A stretch of 64,000 nt of DNA from Candidatus Bruticola sp. (GTDB taxonomy: Bacteria; Vulcanimicrobiota; Xenobia; Xenobiales; Xenobiaceae). The notes under the pieces were generated by a model. It searched no databases and was not told where the DNA came from. It saw only the letters and a list, made by a program, of their open reading frames with translations. Position numbers and translations under genes: made by a program. Position 1 is the stretch's first letter; every line of letters begins with the position of its first letter. Of this stretch, positions 1 to 10,025 are shown in pieces. The stretch spans positions 91,452 to 155,451 of the forward strand of contig JBJEGD010000026.1 in NCBI GenBank assembly GCA_051874735.1, given 5' to 3'.

Positions 1-1068
1 TTGCCTTTAGAAATAGAGGATGCTGAAGTTGAGCCTAATCCTGCCACAGAAGAACAGCTCGCTGCTGCTAAAATGCTGATGGATCGTGAATCCCGTCAGC
101 TTCTAGAACAGATTAAAAATGCTGGTTCAATATTTTTGAATAAGATTGAGTGTCCTGATCGCGATCTGTTAGAAAGACGTATCCACAACTTCAAAGATTT
201 AGGGCTCTTAAGTATGGATTACGCGGTACTCTGCCACCGAACTGGTCAGCAGATCCTGCGTGTTGCTGACAAAGCAACTATCGACGAAAGCTCCCAGAAG
301 GCTTTCAAGTGCTTTATTTGCGGTAGTCAAATTTCTGATGAACTCATTGAAGAAGTTCTCGCTTGTACGGAATGTGGCGTTACTATGCTCAGTGACCGTA
401 CTTGGCTGCTCATTTTAGTAAGAGGTATTTTAGCTGAACTCGGGATCCCCAGCAGTGCTATGAAGATCTACCGCAGCAAAGAGCTCCCAGTTCAAATATT
501 CCTTTCTATAAATGGGTTGCGTTATCTTTTAGTCCTTTGCACTGAACCCATCACCTTAGATCAGGCTTATCTTATTGGCGCGCATTTAGCTGCCTACAAA
601 CTGGACAGTGCTATTATTATTTCTACGGAAAAAATTACTACTCTTATGCGTTCTCACTTGGAGCAGACCAGCCCCCGGGCTAAATTTGAGTTCTTGGATA
701 AGATGGAAGATCTCAGTGCCCATTTGCAGCGTATAATTATCGATCAGCAGCGCGATTTCTTGAGCAAGCAGTTGGAAGATATGGTTTCTCTTACCAAGGT
801 AGATATCTCTCCGTTAGTTTTGCAGCGCATGCTCCCTATTCCTGAAAATTTAAAGGATGTAACTGTTAGAGATGAACCTGCTGCTTCAGTTCATGCTGAG
901 GTAAGTGTTAGCGAAGCTATTAAAGTCAGCAAGCCTTCTTTAGGAAAAGCGGCTCTGTCTATTGAGCCTAAATCAGCTTTAAATGCTGAAACAGTCGTGG
1001 AAATCATTGAAGAAAGCGGCGCTCTGGAGATTCCTTCCAAAGGTTCTAAAAAGGGCAAAAAACATTAA
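1..1068 (+). CDS. Hypothetical protein, probably 5'-truncated by the window edge. It has a CxxC…CxxC zinc-ribbon-like segment and a Lys-rich C-terminus.
   Basis: The ORF runs from position 1 (a TTG read as start) to the stop at 1068. Motifs CFICGSQ…CTECG are present. No recognisable family. Confidence 0.45.
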   Translation: MPLEIEDAEVEPNPATEEQLAAAKMLMDRESRQLLEQIKNAGSIFLNKIECPDRDLLERRIHNFKDLGLLSMDYAVLCHRTGQQILRVADKATIDESSQKAFKCFICGSQISDELIEEVLACTECGVTMLSDRTWLLILVRGILAELGIPSSAMKIYRSKELPVQIFLSINGLRYLLVLCTEPITLDQAYLIGAHLAAYKLDSAIIISTEKITTLMRSHLEQTSPRAKFEFLDKMEDLSAHLQRIIIDQQRDFLSKQLEDMVSLTKVDISPLVLQRMLPIPENLKDVTVRDEPAASVHAEVSVSEAIKVSKPSLGKAALSIEPKSALNAETVVEIIEESGALEIPSKGSKKGKKH

Positions 1069-1205
1069 TTTAGCTGATTTTATAACTTTAGTATAAACTA
1101 GTGGTGGGGGACTGCAGGGGCTCTTCGTTTGCATAGCATCGGTGGGTCCCTGTGCTTTTTATGGTTCGGTTGAGTTCGTTCTTTAGCAAATAATTATTTT
1201 TAGAG

Positions 1206-4200
1206 GTGAACTTTATGAAAGCAGTGATTATGGCCGGCGGTGAAGGCACTCGTTTGCGTCCCTTAACAGTGAGTAGACCCAAACCGATGGTTCCTGTATG
1301 CAACCGTCCAGTTATGGAATATACTATAGACCTTTTAAAACGCTATGGTATAGAGACCGTAGTTGTAACCCTTCACTACAAAGCTGAAGATATTATTTCC
1401 TACTTTGGAGATGGAACCGATTTCGGCCTAAAAATTGTTTATTCTATTGAAACTTCTCCTATGGGAACAGCGGGAAGCGTCAAGCAAATTCAAGACATAG
1501 TCGGAGACGATACTTTTTTAGTTATCAGCGGTGATGGACTTACCGATATAGATTTGGGGCGAGCTGTGGCTTTTCATAAAGAGAAAAGAGCTACAGCTAC
1601 TTTAGTGCTGATGCGTGTCAATAATCCCCTTGAGTATGGGGTGGTTATTACAGATAAAAACAATGCTATTGAGCGTTTTTTAGAAAAGCCTTCTTGGGGC
1701 GAAGTTTTTTCCGATCAAGTTAATACTGGCATCTATATTTTAGAACCAGAAATTTTCAATTTAATGGAGAAAGGTCAAAGTTACGATTTCTCTCGTGACA
1801 TCTTTCCCAAGCTTTTAGAACAGAAAAAAGGGCTGTATGGTTATGTCGCCTCAGGTTATTGGTGTGATATAGGCGATATAGACCATTATGCTGCGGCTCA
1901 TCGAGACATGTTTGATGGCAAAGTTCTCCAAGAAATGGTGGGAACCCAAAGAGCAGACGGGGTATGGATTGGAGAAGGCACAAAAATAGATCCTACGGCT
2001 ATTTTAGAAGCGCCTCTGATGATTGGGCGCAACTGCCGTATAGGAGCTCATACTTACGTATCATCTTACACTTGTATTGGTGATAACTGCATTATTGAAG
2101 AAGATGTCAATCTGCAAAGGGATATTATCTTTAATAACGTTTTCATTGGCGGTAAAAGCAACTGTGTCGGTGCCATTATTTGTCGGCAGTGCACTATAAA
2201 ACCGGGCGTTAGTTTAAATGACAGTTCTGTTATCGGTGAAAATGTTTTTATCGGTCGCGGAGCCTCTGTAAGAAGTCAGATTTCTATTTGGCCTGATAAG
2301 AATATTCCTGATGGTTTAACTATTTCTGAAAATTTAGTGTGGGGTAAAAAGAATTCTGAAACGCTTTTCGGACGTGACAGTATCATCGGGCTAGGCAATT
2401 TAGAAATTACTCCTGAATTCGCCATGAAGCTAGGGGCCGCTTTTGGAACTTTGCTTCCTAAAGAGTCTACAGTAACCGTTTCCCGAGATTCTCGCCCTGT
2501 CAGCCGTTTAATAAATAGGGCTATTATCAGCGGTCTGAGTTCAGTCGGTGTAAATACGCTCGATTTGCGTTTGCTGCCTGCAGCAGTGAGCCGGTATTTG
2601 GTTAGTCGGACTAAATCAGTAGGAGGGATTCATACGCGCGTTTACCGCGATGAATCGCGTTTAGTAGAGATTGAATTTTTTGATGAATTGGGCATCAATA
2701 TCGATAAAATTCGTCAACGTAAGGTTGAGAACTCCTTTATTCGCCAGGATTTCCGCCGTACCGATGTAGATGAAGTCGGTATTATCAGCTACATGGATGC
2801 TAGTATAGACAAATATATAGAAGGCTTTATAAGTTGCTTAGATACTAGGAGTATCAAAAATGCCAATTTTAAAGTAGTAATCGATTACTCGTATGGAACC
2901 GCTTGTCAAGTTCTTCCTTTTATTCTAAATAAATTAGGAGTAGAAACTGTTTCTATAAATGCTTATGTCGATTACGACAAGGCTAGAGAAGCGCAGGCTA
3001 AGAAAGATGATGCCCTGCGTCAGCTGTCAAATATTGTCAAGCCAGTTGGGGCAGATTTGGGCATCATTATGGATGCAGATGCCGAACGTATCTATTTAGT
3101 GGACGAAGAAGGCTCCCCCATTAAAGGGACTAATCTGCTAGCTTTGCTTGCTTTAATGGTATTTAGGCATAGCAAGGATGCTTTAGTAGCTGTGCCAATC
3201 AGCGTCCCGGGAATTATGGAAAAATTGGCTCAGCAGCAGCATGGCAAAATTATACGTACTAAAACTGACTATCGTTCAATTATGCACAGTGCTTTTGTCA
3301 GTGAAGGGCGCATTGCGTTAGCTGGAACTTCTTCTGGCGCTTTTGTTTTCCCTAAATTCTCTCCTGGTTTCGATGCCATGTTCCTTTTGGCCGAAATGCT
3401 GGAAATGATGGCTTTTGATAAGCGCAAACTGTCTGAAATAGCTAAAGTTATACCTCCTCACTATTCTCTTTCCGGTAGTGTCGAATGTAACTGGTCAGAG
3501 AAAGCCAAAGTTATGCGCCTTCTAGTAGAGCGTTACCGTGATGAAAAGTTGGAACTCCTCGATGGAGTGCGCATCGATTTTGATGATGATTCATCTGTAT
3601 TGATGGTGCCTCATCCTTCATTGGCTAGAATTAATGTCTGGACAGATGCTTCTTCTAAAGAAAGGGCTAAAGCATTAATGGAGAGGGCTCGTTTTGTGAT
3701 TCCTCAGTTAGCTAATGCTGACGAGAATGCACTGTTGAAAGAGCGCAAAGAAGACGACAATCATAATTTAATTAGTCCTACTACCATTATTCCTGAAGAG
3801 CGTGCTTTCCATTTTTGGGTACCCGGACGTTATTTAGGCGTTCAAGTGCGTAGTTTGCGCAGTTTTATCGACGTGCTGCACTATATTGAGACGGCTTCGT
3901 TGGAATATCATATGGAACGCAACGATTTCGCCAACTGGCTCAGAACTGAGTTAGGAAGATACTTAGTGGCTCTCGATTTAGAACAGATAAGTAAAGCTCG
4001 CTACAAAGGAGAAGAACTGCGCTGCCATATTTTGGAATGTTTTGGCGAAGCAGCTTCTTCTGAGTCTAGTAATTCTGTTGAGCACAATGATGATTTTGAG
4101 GAAACTCACTTCAAAATTAACGAAGATCATCATAGTCAAGAAGTTGGCGGTATCAGGTTTATGTCTGATCATGTTGTAAATGATATCCAGAAGGGACACG

Positions 4201-4445
4201 ATAAAGGAGCGGTTGCAGATGCTGCTGACAGCAACGATCCTAATTTAGGTTCAGCTATAGTGGTAGAAGAAGCTTCGAAAACTAATTTAGCTAGTAAACT
4301 AAATGATGAAGAGTTTACAACTCATAAAGGCGATTTATTGTCTGAAAATCAAGACAGCCGCTCTAAAGCTAGTCCTGGAGCTTTGGAGACTGACGGAGGT
4401 CTGAAACTCGATAATTCTTTGTCTGGAGCTAAGGCTGAGCAATAA
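1206..4445 (+). CDS. Fused mannose-1-phosphate guanylyltransferase / phosphomannomutase-like protein (1079 aa). It has an N-terminal NTP-transferase domain, a left-handed beta-helix, an alpha-D-phosphohexomutase-like domain and an acidic C-terminal extension of about 250 aa.
   Basis: N-terminus MKAVIMAGGEGTRLRPLT is the sugar-nucleotidyltransferase G-loop. Hexapeptide repeats lie mid-protein. The phosphohexomutase Mg-loop GIIMDADAER is present. A Shine-Dalgarno AGAGGTG lies upstream. Confidence 0.8.
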   Translation: MNFMKAVIMAGGEGTRLRPLTVSRPKPMVPVCNRPVMEYTIDLLKRYGIETVVVTLHYKAEDIISYFGDGTDFGLKIVYSIETSPMGTAGSVKQIQDIVGDDTFLVISGDGLTDIDLGRAVAFHKEKRATATLVLMRVNNPLEYGVVITDKNNAIERFLEKPSWGEVFSDQVNTGIYILEPEIFNLMEKGQSYDFSRDIFPKLLEQKKGLYGYVASGYWCDIGDIDHYAAAHRDMFDGKVLQEMVGTQRADGVWIGEGTKIDPTAILEAPLMIGRNCRIGAHTYVSSYTCIGDNCIIEEDVNLQRDIIFNNVFIGGKSNCVGAIICRQCTIKPGVSLNDSSVIGENVFIGRGASVRSQISIWPDKNIPDGLTISENLVWGKKNSETLFGRDSIIGLGNLEITPEFAMKLGAAFGTLLPKESTVTVSRDSRPVSRLINRAIISGLSSVGVNTLDLRLLPAAVSRYLVSRTKSVGGIHTRVYRDESRLVEIEFFDELGINIDKIRQRKVENSFIRQDFRRTDVDEVGIISYMDASIDKYIEGFISCLDTRSIKNANFKVVIDYSYGTACQVLPFILNKLGVETVSINAYVDYDKAREAQAKKDDALRQLSNIVKPVGADLGIIMDADAERIYLVDEEGSPIKGTNLLALLALMVFRHSKDALVAVPISVPGIMEKLAQQQHGKIIRTKTDYRSIMHSAFVSEGRIALAGTSSGAFVFPKFSPGFDAMFLLAEMLEMMAFDKRKLSEIAKVIPPHYSLSGSVECNWSEKAKVMRLLVERYRDEKLELLDGVRIDFDDDSSVLMVPHPSLARINVWTDASSKERAKALMERARFVIPQLANADENALLKERKEDDNHNLISPTTIIPEERAFHFWVPGRYLGVQVRSLRSFIDVLHYIETASLEYHMERNDFANWLRTELGRYLVALDLEQISKARYKGEELRCHILECFGEAASSESSNSVEHNDDFEETHFKINEDHHSQEVGGIRFMSDHVVNDIQKGHDKGAVADAADSNDPNLGSAIVVEEASKTNLASKLNDEEFTTHKGDLLSENQDSRSKASPGALETDGGLKLDNSLSGAKAEQ

Positions 4446-4485
4446 TAGATCAAAAACTGTTAGAGAAGATTAAATTCTCTATCTA

Positions 4486-4537
4486 AGCTCTTCTTAGAAT
4501 TTTGGTAAAAGTTCTAACCGAGAAGAGCTCTTTTTTT
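4486..4537 (+). terminator. Rho-independent terminator after the ManC/ManB fusion gene.
   Basis: AGCTCTTCT…AGAAGAGCT 9-bp stem followed by T7 (4531–4537). Confidence 0.55.
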
Positions 4538-4608
4538 ATCCTAGGGGGGAAATTGTTTCTTATAAAAGAAGCGCTAAAAAATTAAATTTTGAGGCGGGAG
4601 TACAGTCT

Positions 4609-5403
4609 ATGTCCTTTTGGGATGATTTGAGAAGTGAAGTCAGAGATCGCTATACTACGGGAGATATAAGTGTAGGTTTATTCAGTACTATAACTAGTTT
4701 CGGGGTCATGCCTTTACCAGTAGTACAGCCTACATTTTATATGGGTAGATGCTATATCCTTTGTTTCGATTACATGGATTACGTAGAAAAACTTTTGGCT
4801 TGTCAGGCTAAGCAGGAAAACGTTTTTCAACTTCTGCTTTATATAAAAGAGACTGCAGCTACCTTGGGCCGATGCGTTCATCACGCTGTTGGTCCTATAG
4901 AAGAGATTCTTTCTGCCATAGATGATATTTTTGATGAACGTATGCGCAAACTGGAAGAAACTTTAGCTGAATCAATTATTGAAGAGGCTGAAGAAGAAGC
5001 TGCTGATGAGCTTGAAAATGAAAGCAATTCTGACGATTACGATGAATTCAAAAGAGAGCGCACTCTTATGGCAGCTAGTCTTCAGGAAAAGTTTGAAGCG
5101 GTTGATATATCCTACACTGTAGCTGTGGAATTGTCTATGCGTTTAGCGGCTATGTATGACTGTTGTACGCGCTATGTTCGAGATTTAAGGGAACTCAATT
5201 CGTCTGAAGTTTTAGGTGAAGTCGTTATTTTTATGCGTACTTTTATAGATGTGCAGCATATACTCGATACGCAGATGCGTCAGCTTCTTTTGGAAGATGT
5301 CTTTATGGAAAGAAGCAACTTATTCTCCACAGGTTTAATGCCTTGGATTAGTCATTCTGTAGGTGAATTAGTCCATCAAATTAACGGATTAGAACATGAA
5401 TAA
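4609..5403 (+). CDS. Hypothetical protein (264 aa) with an acidic central segment.
   Basis: Long ORF 18 nt upstream of the next gene. No family recognised. Confidence 0.5.
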   Translation: MSFWDDLRSEVRDRYTTGDISVGLFSTITSFGVMPLPVVQPTFYMGRCYILCFDYMDYVEKLLACQAKQENVFQLLLYIKETAATLGRCVHHAVGPIEEILSAIDDIFDERMRKLEETLAESIIEEAEEEAADELENESNSDDYDEFKRERTLMAASLQEKFEAVDISYTVAVELSMRLAAMYDCCTRYVRDLRELNSSEVLGEVVIFMRTFIDVQHILDTQMRQLLLEDVFMERSNLFSTGLMPWISHSVGELVHQINGLEHE

Positions 5404-5421
5404 AAATTGGAGATGTGAACA

Positions 5422-6198
5422 ATGGCTGCCAATATTGTTGCCTTATTAACTGATTTCGGTTCTCAAGATTCGTATGCGGCCATTGTTAAAGGGGTTATTT
5501 GGAAAATAAATGCTGACATTAAGTTAATAGATATTACTCATAATGTTCCTTTAGGAAAAATAAACAGGGCCGCTTTTCTGTTGGAATCGTGTATTAATTG
5601 GTTCCCGGAAGGTACCGTCTTTTTAGCTGTAGTTGATCCCGGAGTCGGCAGCCAGCGCAAAGCGATAGCTATTCGCGGTGAAAAATATTTTTATGTAGGC
5701 CCTGACAATGGCATTTTCACTTTAGCCCTCAAACGCGATCCCTTAAGGATGGCTGTAGAAATTGCAGTTGGAGCAGATAAAAATAAGGAAATAAGCAACA
5801 CTTTCCATGGTCGCGATCTGTTCGCTCCAGCTGCAGCCAGATTAGCTCAGGGAGAAGATGTGCGAATGTTGGGATCTGAACTGAAAGAACTAGTTAAACT
5901 GAATATATCAAAGAATCGTTTATCAGATCAAATCGGTCAAGGAAGTATTCTTTGCATAGACAGCTTCGGGAACTTAATCACTTCTTTGTGTAACCTCGAG
6001 GTGCGCAAAAAAGTAGTTGCTGCTGTTGTCAAGGGGCACAGATTTCCTATGTGCAGAACTTATTCAGAGGTAAAAGAGGGTGAGGGGCTAGCCTATTGGG
6101 GGTCTTCGGATTACTGTGAACTGGCTGTTAACAAAGGTTCAGCTGCCGACTTAACCCAGGCTCAGGAAGGAGACTTAGTTTCCTTTGAGCTTATCTAA
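5422..6198 (+). CDS. SAM hydroxide adenosyltransferase family protein (DUF62, fluorinase/chlorinase-like fold).
   Basis: N-terminal LLTDFGSQDSYAAIVKGVI…IDITHNVP and overall length match the SAM hydroxide adenosyltransferase family. Confidence 0.75.
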   Translation: MAANIVALLTDFGSQDSYAAIVKGVIWKINADIKLIDITHNVPLGKINRAAFLLESCINWFPEGTVFLAVVDPGVGSQRKAIAIRGEKYFYVGPDNGIFTLALKRDPLRMAVEIAVGADKNKEISNTFHGRDLFAPAAARLAQGEDVRMLGSELKELVKLNISKNRLSDQIGQGSILCIDSFGNLITSLCNLEVRKKVVAAVVKGHRFPMCRTYSEVKEGEGLAYWGSSDYCELAVNKGSAADLTQAQEGDLVSFELI

Positions 6199-6224
6199 AA
6201 AATTGCTTAAAAAAAGTTAAGCAA
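6197..6224 (-). terminator. Hairpin terminator that works on the minus strand, after the small membrane protein gene.
   Basis: TTGCTTAA/TTAAGCAA 8-bp stem. An A6 run on the plus side gives a U-run on the minus strand. Confidence 0.4.
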
Positions 6225-6273
6225 AGCAGACCTTGAAAAAACGTATTTTTATTTAAAGTTGGCAATAGTAGTT

Positions 6274-6507
6274 TTAGAAGATCTGATATTGATTGTGTAC
6301 TTCCACATTGGTGAAGCGTTCTAAATAGTTAATCACAGTTATTAAAGCTATAATAGCAAAAACAATCCAGAAAAAAGGACTTTTAAAAATTTTTGCCCAT
6401 ATTCCGGGTTCAGATATAGTTTCTAGATTGTTGTTATCTGTTTTGACTGATTCTTGGGGCTGTTCTGTCATGAATAAGGCCTCATTTTCTAGGGATAGAA
6501 CAGCCAA
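6274..6507 (-). CDS. Small single-pass membrane protein (77 aa).
   Basis: One clear hydrophobic helix, FFWIVFAIIALITVINYL. It is intergenic and on the opposite strand to its neighbours. Confidence 0.35.
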   Translation of the reverse strand: MAVLSLENEALFMTEQPQESVKTDNNNLETISEPGIWAKIFKSPFFWIVFAIIALITVINYLERFTNVEVHNQYQIF

Positions 6508-6605
6508 AACCTTCGTGTTAAGATGACAATTTGCCTTTTTTGAAACAGCTTTGTAAAGCCGCTGATGTTATTTTTTTCAGCTGGTTGACAGATAGGGGAA
6601 TTAAT

Positions 6606-8087
6606 ATGAATGCTGCTTATATTGAACGTCAGAGTCGAGCACCTATTTATGAAGCTTTAGAGGAATATATTCAAGAAGCGAATGTTCCTTTTCATATGCC
6701 TGGACATAGTCTGGGTAGAGGAGCTGATCCTTATTTGCAAAGTTTAATGGGAGCTAAGGCCTTAGCAGCAGATATCACTCAAGTGCTAGATATGGATGAT
6801 ATCCATCGTCCCTACAGCTACACTAAAAAAGCTCAAGAATTGGCAGCTGAATGTTTTGGAGCTGACAAAACTTGGTTTTTAGTGAATGGCTCTACTTGCG
6901 GTAATCAAGCTATGCTTTTGGCCTCTTTAAAAACTGGTCAGGAGGTTATTATGCCTCGCTGCGCTCACCGATCTCTGCAAGCTGGATTAGTTTTTTCTGG
7001 TGCGGTACCTCGTTATGTCTCTTCTCCGTACGATAAAGAAGCTGGGGTTAGTTTAGCAGTTGAATGCTCTGATATGGAGTACTTACAGCACAAATACCCT
7101 AATGTGATAGCTTGGGCTGTTACTAGTGTCACTCCTTATGGGGCCTGTGCTGATATCAACACTATAAGTACTGCAGCTCATAATCATGGACTGCCTCTTT
7201 TAGTCGATGAAGCTTGGGGCCCCCACTTCGGTTTTCATCCCGATTTGCCCCAGTCTGCTATTTCCCTGGGAGCAGACTGCTCAGTGCAGAGTGCTCATAA
7301 ACTTTTAGCCGCTCTTTCTCAGGCTTCTATGCTCCACATAAAAGGCAAAAGGCTCAATTATGAACGTTTTAACTTGACTTTGCGTATGCTGCAGAGCACT
7401 AGCCCCAACTATTTGCTTTTAGCTTCGTTAGATATTGCGCGCCGTCAGTTGGCTTTGCATGGCTATCAGGATTGGCAGAGAGCTTTAGATTCTGCTGAGA
7501 GAATACGTCAATTTGTGCGTCATACTGAGGGACTACAGCTTATGGAACAGGGAGCGGCTTTTAACTACGATAAAACCAGAATTGTAATTTCTGCTCTAGA
7601 TTTGGGTATAGATGGAGTCGAGTTAGAAAGAACGCTGCGTTATCGTTTTAAAATTCAGCCGGAAATGTCCGATATGCGCCAAATCGTTTTAGTTATTACG
7701 CCCGGACATACTTCTAAGGACTTAGATAAACTTGAAGCAGCTCTTAAAGAAATTGCCGAAGCTCCTCACGGCTGGGTTTCTGCTGAAGGGGTTAAAGCGC
7801 CACTGCGCAGAGCTGCTTCTTTAGACTTTCCTGGTTTTCCTGAACAGTTAATGAGTCCTCGTCAATCTTATTTTAGCTCTTCTAAATATGTGCCTTGGGA
7901 GCAAGCTTTAGGAGAGGTTTGCGCTGAATTGATCACTCCTTATCCGCCTGGTATTCCCTTAATATGTCCCGGGGAAAGAATTGAGCGTCCCCATTGGGAG
8001 TACTTAAAGGCTCTTAACAAGGCTGGAGTACCTATTGATGGGTTGAGTGATCTTTCTATGCATCAAGTTAGAGTTATAGTTGGATAA
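6606..8087 (+). CDS. Orn/Lys/Arg decarboxylase family PLP enzyme (YaaO/SpeA-like).
   Basis: FHMPGH motif near the N-terminus and size match the Orn/Lys/Arg decarboxylase major domain. The start was chosen at the internal ATG (MNAAYIERQ) rather than the track start at 6531. Confidence 0.75.
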   Translation: MNAAYIERQSRAPIYEALEEYIQEANVPFHMPGHSLGRGADPYLQSLMGAKALAADITQVLDMDDIHRPYSYTKKAQELAAECFGADKTWFLVNGSTCGNQAMLLASLKTGQEVIMPRCAHRSLQAGLVFSGAVPRYVSSPYDKEAGVSLAVECSDMEYLQHKYPNVIAWAVTSVTPYGACADINTISTAAHNHGLPLLVDEAWGPHFGFHPDLPQSAISLGADCSVQSAHKLLAALSQASMLHIKGKRLNYERFNLTLRMLQSTSPNYLLLASLDIARRQLALHGYQDWQRALDSAERIRQFVRHTEGLQLMEQGAAFNYDKTRIVISALDLGIDGVELERTLRYRFKIQPEMSDMRQIVLVITPGHTSKDLDKLEAALKEIAEAPHGWVSAEGVKAPLRRAASLDFPGFPEQLMSPRQSYFSSSKYVPWEQALGEVCAELITPYPPGIPLICPGERIERPHWEYLKALNKAGVPIDGLSDLSMHQVRVIVG

Positions 8088-8180
8088 AACTTTAGATTCT
8101 TTCTTTTTGGAGGAACAAAACTGCGGTTAATTAAAATACATCCTCATTTTTGGAACAGATAAGAGGTTCTTCTCTGCATT

Positions 8181-10010
8181 ATGAATACAGACTCATCTGG
8201 ACAGTTAGTTATCGCGTCCGATAATCTTGAAGAGCTGATGTGCGTTTTTCCCGTAGATTGGTGTGAAGGATATGCCAGTTTAGGGCGTCCAGCTGATGAT
8301 TTAATTGAATTTGTCGCTGATTTAGGGCGCCTTCCTATGGCACGTTTCCAAGATGAAATATGTACTATTAGCGATTATCCGGTGAGCTACGGCGATCTGG
8401 ATTATATCGCTTCTTATGTTTCTTCTTTCGGTTCCGATAATAGAGCCGGTATAGATGCTACCTTGCATCGCATTTCCGCTATCCGCAATAGAAAGGGAAG
8501 AATTGTAGGTATTACCGCTAGAGTGGGCCGAGCTGTTTACGGAGATGCTGACATTATAAAAGATGTTGTTAAAAGCGGTCGGAGTATTCTGCTGTTAGGA
8601 CAACCTGGCGTTGGTAAAACTACGGTTTTACGTGAAATTTCGCGTGTATTGGCGGATGAATTGCACAAAAGAGTGGTTATTGTTGACACTTCTAACGAAA
8701 TTGCTGGTGATGGTGATATTCCTCATCCGGGAGTTGGAGCGGCTAGGCGTATGCAGGTGGCTGATCCGATAGAACAGCATAAAATTATGATTGAAGCTGT
8801 CGAGAATCATACTCCTCAAGTTGTTGTCATAGACGAAATTGGTACCGAGGCTGAAACTTATGCTGCTAGGACAATTGCTGAGCGTGGAGTTATGTTGGTA
8901 GCTACGGCTCACGGTACTAAACTGGAAAATTTAATTCAAAATCCTTCTTTATGTGATTTAGTAGGTGGCATAGAATCTGTAACTCTCTCTGATGAGATTG
9001 CCTTTAAAAAAGGTGGGGGACACAAAGCTATTTTAGAGCGCAAAGCTCCGCCAACTTTTGAGGTAGTTATAGAGCTCAGAGATCGTCATACTTTTGCTAT
9101 TCACAAAAATGTGGCTGACTCTGTTGATGCTATTTTACGTGGAGCAGAAATAGCTCCAATAGTTAGAATGAGACATAGTTCTGAGGCCAAAGATAATACA
9201 GAAGATACACCATCAGTAGTGACATTTAAGAAAAAAAAGAATAAAAGTTTAGAAACAATGGGAGCGCAGTTAGCTCCTCAGAATGGAATAGAACTCCAGG
9301 TAAATGGTTCTGCTGTGAATATAGACAAGCCGAACAGCGTTTCAGTTTTAGCTAAATACGGTTCTTTAATTCCTAAAAATAGTGCATCTTCCCACCGGAA
9401 ACAGGAAAAAATGGCTGAACTCGCTGATTCGAGCAGCCTTAATGAAAGGTTCGCCTACTTGCGCCGCGATCGCTACACAGATGAAGAGGGCAATATATTA
9501 CTGGCCCAAAAAGAGGAGCGCAAACCTTGTGTAGGAACGAAGCCTAAGGTCAATATTTATCCTATTGGAGTAAGTCGCAACCGTTTAGAAAAGTTAATTG
9601 GACTCTTGGAGCTGCCTGCTCAAGTTGTACCTAGTTGGAAGTCTGCTAGCGTTGTTTTAGCCTTAGAATCTAGCCAGGAGAGTGATCCTCATCTCTTTAA
9701 GGCTATCAAAAATGCCGGACTTAAGGTCTGTCGTTTGGCTGAGAATACTTGGCCTAAAATTAAGTCTTTTCTCGATAACTATTTTGAAGATACTATTTTA
9801 AGCCCCGCTGAGTTGGCCCAACTTGAAGTTATGGAAGCTATCGAAGAGGTGCAAAAAACTGGCCGTCCCTATAATTTGTTGCCTCAAGAGCGCTCTTTAC
9901 GTCGTCTGCAGGGGCAGCTGGCCTCTGAAGCTGGTATACAATCAATTATTTATGGTACAGAGCCAGAATGTTATCTGCGTTTGCAGATGCATAAAGTTCA
10001 TTCAGTTTAA
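8181..10010 (+). CDS. AAA+ P-loop ATPase with a C-terminal R3H-like nucleic-acid-binding domain (Ycf45/SpoIIIAA-like).
   Basis: Walker A GQPGVGKTT and Walker B VVIDEIG are present. The C-terminus LLPQERSLRRLQGQLASEAGIQSIIYG resembles an R3H motif. Confidence 0.7.
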   Translation: MNTDSSGQLVIASDNLEELMCVFPVDWCEGYASLGRPADDLIEFVADLGRLPMARFQDEICTISDYPVSYGDLDYIASYVSSFGSDNRAGIDATLHRISAIRNRKGRIVGITARVGRAVYGDADIIKDVVKSGRSILLLGQPGVGKTTVLREISRVLADELHKRVVIVDTSNEIAGDGDIPHPGVGAARRMQVADPIEQHKIMIEAVENHTPQVVVIDEIGTEAETYAARTIAERGVMLVATAHGTKLENLIQNPSLCDLVGGIESVTLSDEIAFKKGGGHKAILERKAPPTFEVVIELRDRHTFAIHKNVADSVDAILRGAEIAPIVRMRHSSEAKDNTEDTPSVVTFKKKKNKSLETMGAQLAPQNGIELQVNGSAVNIDKPNSVSVLAKYGSLIPKNSASSHRKQEKMAELADSSSLNERFAYLRRDRYTDEEGNILLAQKEERKPCVGTKPKVNIYPIGVSRNRLEKLIGLLELPAQVVPSWKSASVVLALESSQESDPHLFKAIKNAGLKVCRLAENTWPKIKSFLDNYFEDTILSPAELAQLEVMEAIEEVQKTGRPYNLLPQERSLRRLQGQLASEAGIQSIIYGTEPECYLRLQMHKVHSV

Positions 10011-10025
10011 TTTTAGGGTATAAAT

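Noticed and set aside
6531-6605. Extended N-terminus (MPFLKQLCKAADVIFFSWLTDRGIN) of the decarboxylase ORF.
   Set aside because: It is not part of the conserved decarboxylase fold. The internal ATG at 6606 begins where homology to YaaO/SpeA-type enzymes starts.
9823-10023. 66-aa ORF overlapping the 3' end of the R3H ATPase gene.
   Set aside because: It lies fully inside a longer, domain-supported CDS in another frame. It has no RBS.
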